Assembly: GCF_000219175.1 (NCBI RefSeq)
Contig: NC_015735.1
Span: 240,001 to 272,000, forward strand
Length of the DNA stretch: 32,000 nt
Origin: Candidatus Moranella endobia PCIT
GTDB lineage: Bacteria > Pseudomonadota > Gammaproteobacteria > Enterobacterales > Enterobacteriaceae
Direction: 5' to 3'
Shown here piece by piece: positions 29,127 to 32,000 of this stretch. Position numbers and translations under genes: made by a program. The notes beneath the pieces are model-generated. The model was not told the origin of the DNA. It saw nothing but the letters and a program-made list of their open reading frames with translations, and searched no databases. Position 1 is the first letter of the stretch, and every line of letters starts with the position of its first letter.

Positions 29127-32000
29127 CTAGGCAGAAATATTGCCTTCTGACGTTTCATCAGAGGTGTCTGTCTTACCTGACATCCGTGCTAGAAACTCAT
29201 ATTTTTGCTGTAATTCTTTTTCCGTCGATTTATGCAAAGTGGCAGCGATGTCCGGCTGTTTAATATTAAGTAGGCGGAAACGCTGCTCGTTAAGCAGCGT
29301 AGCAGCAAGATTGCTTGAGGGCGGACGTGAATTTAGCATTAGTGGTAATTTTCCTTTATCCCTGAAACGGGGATCGAAGCGGTATAATGGCCAGAAGCCA
29401 GTGGCTGTAAGTTGTTGCATTTGAGTATGGCTAAGCGCAAGATCATAGCCATGCGCTTCGCAGGGGCTATAGGCGATAATCAAAGATGGTCCTGGATATG
29501 ATTCGGCTTCTTGAATGGCTTTTACAGTACCATTAAACTGTGCTCCTAAGGAAATTTGCGCTACATAAACATGACCATACATCATCATGCTAACGCCAAG
29601 ATCTTTGCTTGCCTTGCGTTTGCCTTGTTCACAGAATTTGGTAACTGCGCCTAGCGGTGTTGCTTTAGATTGTTGTCCACCAGAATTGGAATAACATTGA
29701 GTATCCAGCACTAGTACATTGACGTTTTCAGTCATGCTCATTACATGGTCCAGACCGCCAAAACCAATATCATATGCCCACCCGTCGCCTCCAATCAACC
29801 AGATAGATTTATCCACTAAATAATTAGCATCCTGCTTCAACTGACGTACAGAGGCATCATCCGAATTACCTAGCAGATCGCGTAATTCACTGATTTGCCG
29901 CCGTCGTTCTTCCACAGGTATATTGGAGGTACGCAACTCAGAAACAAGAGTTTCTGGCAGTAACCCTTTATGTATATCTAGCAGGCGCAATACTCGCCGG
30001 CGGTGCTGATCCAAAGTTAGGCGAAAGCCCAGGCCAAATTCAGCATTATCCTCAAACAAAGAATTAGCCCAGGCTGGCCCGCGGCCTTTTGCGTTTGTAG
30101 TATATGGTGTTGTTGGTAGGTTACCGCCATAGATAGAAGAGCAGCCGGTGGCATTAGCGATCAGTAAACGGTCCCCATAAAGCTGAGTTAGCAGCTTAAT
30201 ATATGGAGTTTCGCCACAACCCGAACAGGCGCCAGAGTATTCGAAAAGAGGGGTAATTAGTTGTGATGTGCGGAGATCAATTTTTGCCAGCATACGGGTA
30301 TCAATTTCAGGTAGGCTAAGAAAGAAATCATAATTGATTTTCTCTGTTTCTAAATGCGCTAGCCGCGATGCCATATTAATGGCTTTTATTTTAGGTTGTT
30401 GTCTATCTTTAGCTGGACATACTTCGACACACAACTGGCAGCCAGTACAGTCTTCTGGCGCAACTTGGAGTACATACTTATGGCCGCGCATATTGCGGGA
30501 TTTTACTTCTAGGCATGACATGCTTGGCGGCGCTTTATCTAATGTCTGCGGCGGAACGACTTTAGCGCGAATAGCGGCGTGGGGACAGGCAGCCACGCAA
30601 TAGTTGCACTGGGTACATAACGATGGTTCCCACAGTGGTATTTTTTCGGCGATATTGCGTTTTTCCCATTGCGTGGTGCTAATTGGCCAGCTTCCATCTG
30701 GTGGCAATGCTGAAACTGGCAGTGCGTCACCTAAACCTGCGAGCATAGCGGCGGTAACGAATTTGACAAAATTAGGCGCCGCTTCTGATACTACCGGTGG
30801 GCGCAAGTGACTTGCTGTTTCGACTGCTTTGAGCGGTACTTGAAATAAAGCATCGCTAGTCGCAGCTAGTGCCTGCCAATTAGACCTTATCAGTTCTTGT
30901 CCCTTACTACTGCTATAGTTTGTAACCACTGCTTGTCGCAGGGCACTTAACGTCTGATCCGGCGGTAAAATACCAGACAGCTGGAAGAAAGCCATTTGCA
31001 TAACAGTGTTAATACGTGTCTGAAGCTTATATTTGCTGGCTATCTGCTGGGCGTTGATTACATAAAAACGTGCCTTGCGCTCATTTAGTATTGCCTGCAC
31101 CTCTCTGGGGAGTAAAGACCAGATTTCGTTGGCATCTTTAGGTGTATTCATGAGGAAAATACCGCCGGTCCGCAGGTGTTCTACAATGTGATACTTTTCG
31201 ATAAATTGCGATTGGTGGCAACCAATAAAATCTGCCTGGCCAACTAAATAGGCCGCATGAATTGGTTTCTTGCTGACCCTAAGATGAGACACGGTTAATC
31301 CACCAGCTTTCTTTGAATCGTAAACAAAATAGCCCTGGGTGAAATGCGGCGTCATATTGCCGATGATCTTTATAGAGTTTTTGGTTGCCGAGACCGATCC
31401 ATCGCCGCCCAAACCGTAAAACAGTGCTTCCAAAAGGAAACTACGCGGCCGCGTTGCTTTGGTTAATGGCAACGAAAGATGGGTAACATCATCATAAATG
31501 CCGACAGTAAAACGCGGCCGCGGTGCTACCTGCGCTAACTCGTTAAATATCGCCAATACACACGGTGGATCGAACTCTTTGGAAGATAGACCAAATCGGC
31601 CGCCGATGGTCAGTGGTAGTTTATTTATTTCGCCCCGGCTGTAGGCTTCCGCTAGTGTAGTTGTAACTTCAAGATATAGCGGTTCCGCCTGTGCTCCTGG
31701 CTCCTTGGTTCGGTCTAGCACCGCAATAGATTTTACCGCTTGGGGCATAATTTCTAGCAGATGGCTAGCAGAAAATGGCCTGAACAGTCGTACTTTGATT
31801 AATCCTACTTTTTCACCGTTGGCTAGCAATGTATCAATAACTTCTTCACAGGTACCAGCAGCTGATCCCATAACGATAATTATACGATCGGCATGAAGAT
31901 GGCCATAATATTCAAAAGGCTTATAGTGCCTGCCGGTGGCAGTAGCGAAGGCATCCATTGCTTGCTCCATCTTGCGATAAGCATTGTTATACCATGGGTT
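29127..32000 (-). CDS. nifJ: pyruvate:flavodoxin/ferredoxin oxidoreductase NifJ/YdbK (partial; 5' end beyond the window)
   Basis: FDPPCVLAIFNELAQVAPRPRFTVGIYDDVTHLSL, LCTQCNYCVAACPHAAIRAK and CTGCQLCVEVCPAKD ferredoxin motifs, GACSGCGETPYIKLLTQLYGDRLLIANATGCSSIYG; frame stays open to 32000 upstream of the ATG at 31970. Confidence 0.96.
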   Translation of the reverse strand, partial: NPWYNNAYRKMEQAMDAFATATGRHYKPFEYYGHLHADRIIIVMGSAAGTCEEVIDTLLANGEKVGLIKVRLFRPFSASHLLEIMPQAVKSIAVLDRTKEPGAQAEPLYLEVTTTLAEAYSRGEINKLPLTIGGRFGLSSKEFDPPCVLAIFNELAQVAPRPRFTVGIYDDVTHLSLPLTKATRPRSFLLEALFYGLGGDGSVSATKNSIKIIGNMTPHFTQGYFVYDSKKAGGLTVSHLRVSKKPIHAAYLVGQADFIGCHQSQFIEKYHIVEHLRTGGIFLMNTPKDANEIWSLLPREVQAILNERKARFYVINAQQIASKYKLQTRINTVMQMAFFQLSGILPPDQTLSALRQAVVTNYSSSKGQELIRSNWQALAATSDALFQVPLKAVETASHLRPPVVSEAAPNFVKFVTAAMLAGLGDALPVSALPPDGSWPISTTQWEKRNIAEKIPLWEPSLCTQCNYCVAACPHAAIRAKVVPPQTLDKAPPSMSCLEVKSRNMRGHKYVLQVAPEDCTGCQLCVEVCPAKDRQQPKIKAINMASRLAHLETEKINYDFFLSLPEIDTRMLAKIDLRTSQLITPLFEYSGACSGCGETPYIKLLTQLYGDRLLIANATGCSSIYGGNLPTTPYTTNAKGRGPAWANSLFEDNAEFGLGFRLTLDQHRRRVLRLLDIHKGLLPETLVSELRTSNIPVEERRRQISELRDLLGNSDDASVRQLKQDANYLVDKSIWLIGGDGWAYDIGFGGLDHVMSMTENVNVLVLDTQCYSNSGGQQSKATPLGAVTKFCEQGKRKASKDLGVSMMMYGHVYVAQISLGAQFNGTVKAIQEAESYPGPSLIIAYSPCEAHGYDLALSHTQMQQLTATGFWPLYRFDPRFRDKGKLPLMLNSRPPSSNLAATLLNEQRFRLLNIKQPDIAATLHKSTEKELQQKYEFLARMSGKTDTSDETSEGNISA

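Noticed and set aside
28919-29263. 114-aa ORF (+) overlapping the 3' end of secA and nifJ
   Set aside because: Out of frame with SecA, low-complexity basic sequence, antisense to nifJ; only a weak possible echo of the SecA zinc tail.
328-31896. Numerous 60-120 aa antisense or out-of-frame track ORFs (e.g. 328..630, 6826..7191, 11990..12352, 24198..24527, 30334..30603)
   Set aside because: All overlap strongly conserved genes on the other strand or frame and show no recognisable motifs.
1-32000. CRISPR arrays, transposases, phage or toxin-antitoxin/defence systems
   Set aside because: None recognised on either strand; all intact genes are housekeeping loci and the only notable repeat is the 97-bp inverted pair, which lacks a transposase.

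Overview
This window looks like a segment of a highly reduced gammaproteobacterial insect-endosymbiont chromosome, enterobacterial/Sodalis-allied. That assignment is an inference from protein similarity recalled from E. coli and from heavy pseudogenization. The intact genes are polA, dusA, glyQ, glyS, cydX-cydB-cydA, yicC (3' frameshifted), an eroded division/cell-wall (dcw) cluster (rsmH, ftsL, ftsI, mraY, ftsW, murG, ftsA, ftsZ), lpxC, a DUF721/DciA-like gene, secA (C-terminally truncated) and nifJ/ydbK (runs off the right edge). There are three tRNAs: Leu-TAA, Cys-GCA and Leu-CAA. I found no mobile element, CRISPR array or prophage. The most notable observations are: (1) every cytosolic mur ligase slot in the dcw cluster (murE, murF, murD, murC) is a short fossil and ddlB is missing, while the membrane and periplasmic steps (mraY, murG, ftsW, ftsI) are intact, a pattern like the host-complemented mosaic peptidoglycan pathway known in mealybugs; (2) a perfect 97-bp inverted repeat flanks tRNA-Leu(CAA)-yicC-pseudo-rph, stops 2 nt before the rsmH start codon and contains the likely tRNA promoter; (3) DNA polymerase I has lost catalytic proofreading residues in ExoI and ExoIII while keeping the polymerase motifs; (4) an unannotated CydX micro-ORF; (5) loss of FtsQ with a truncated FtsL; (6) a SecA lacking its C-terminal zinc/SecB tail, with secM gone.
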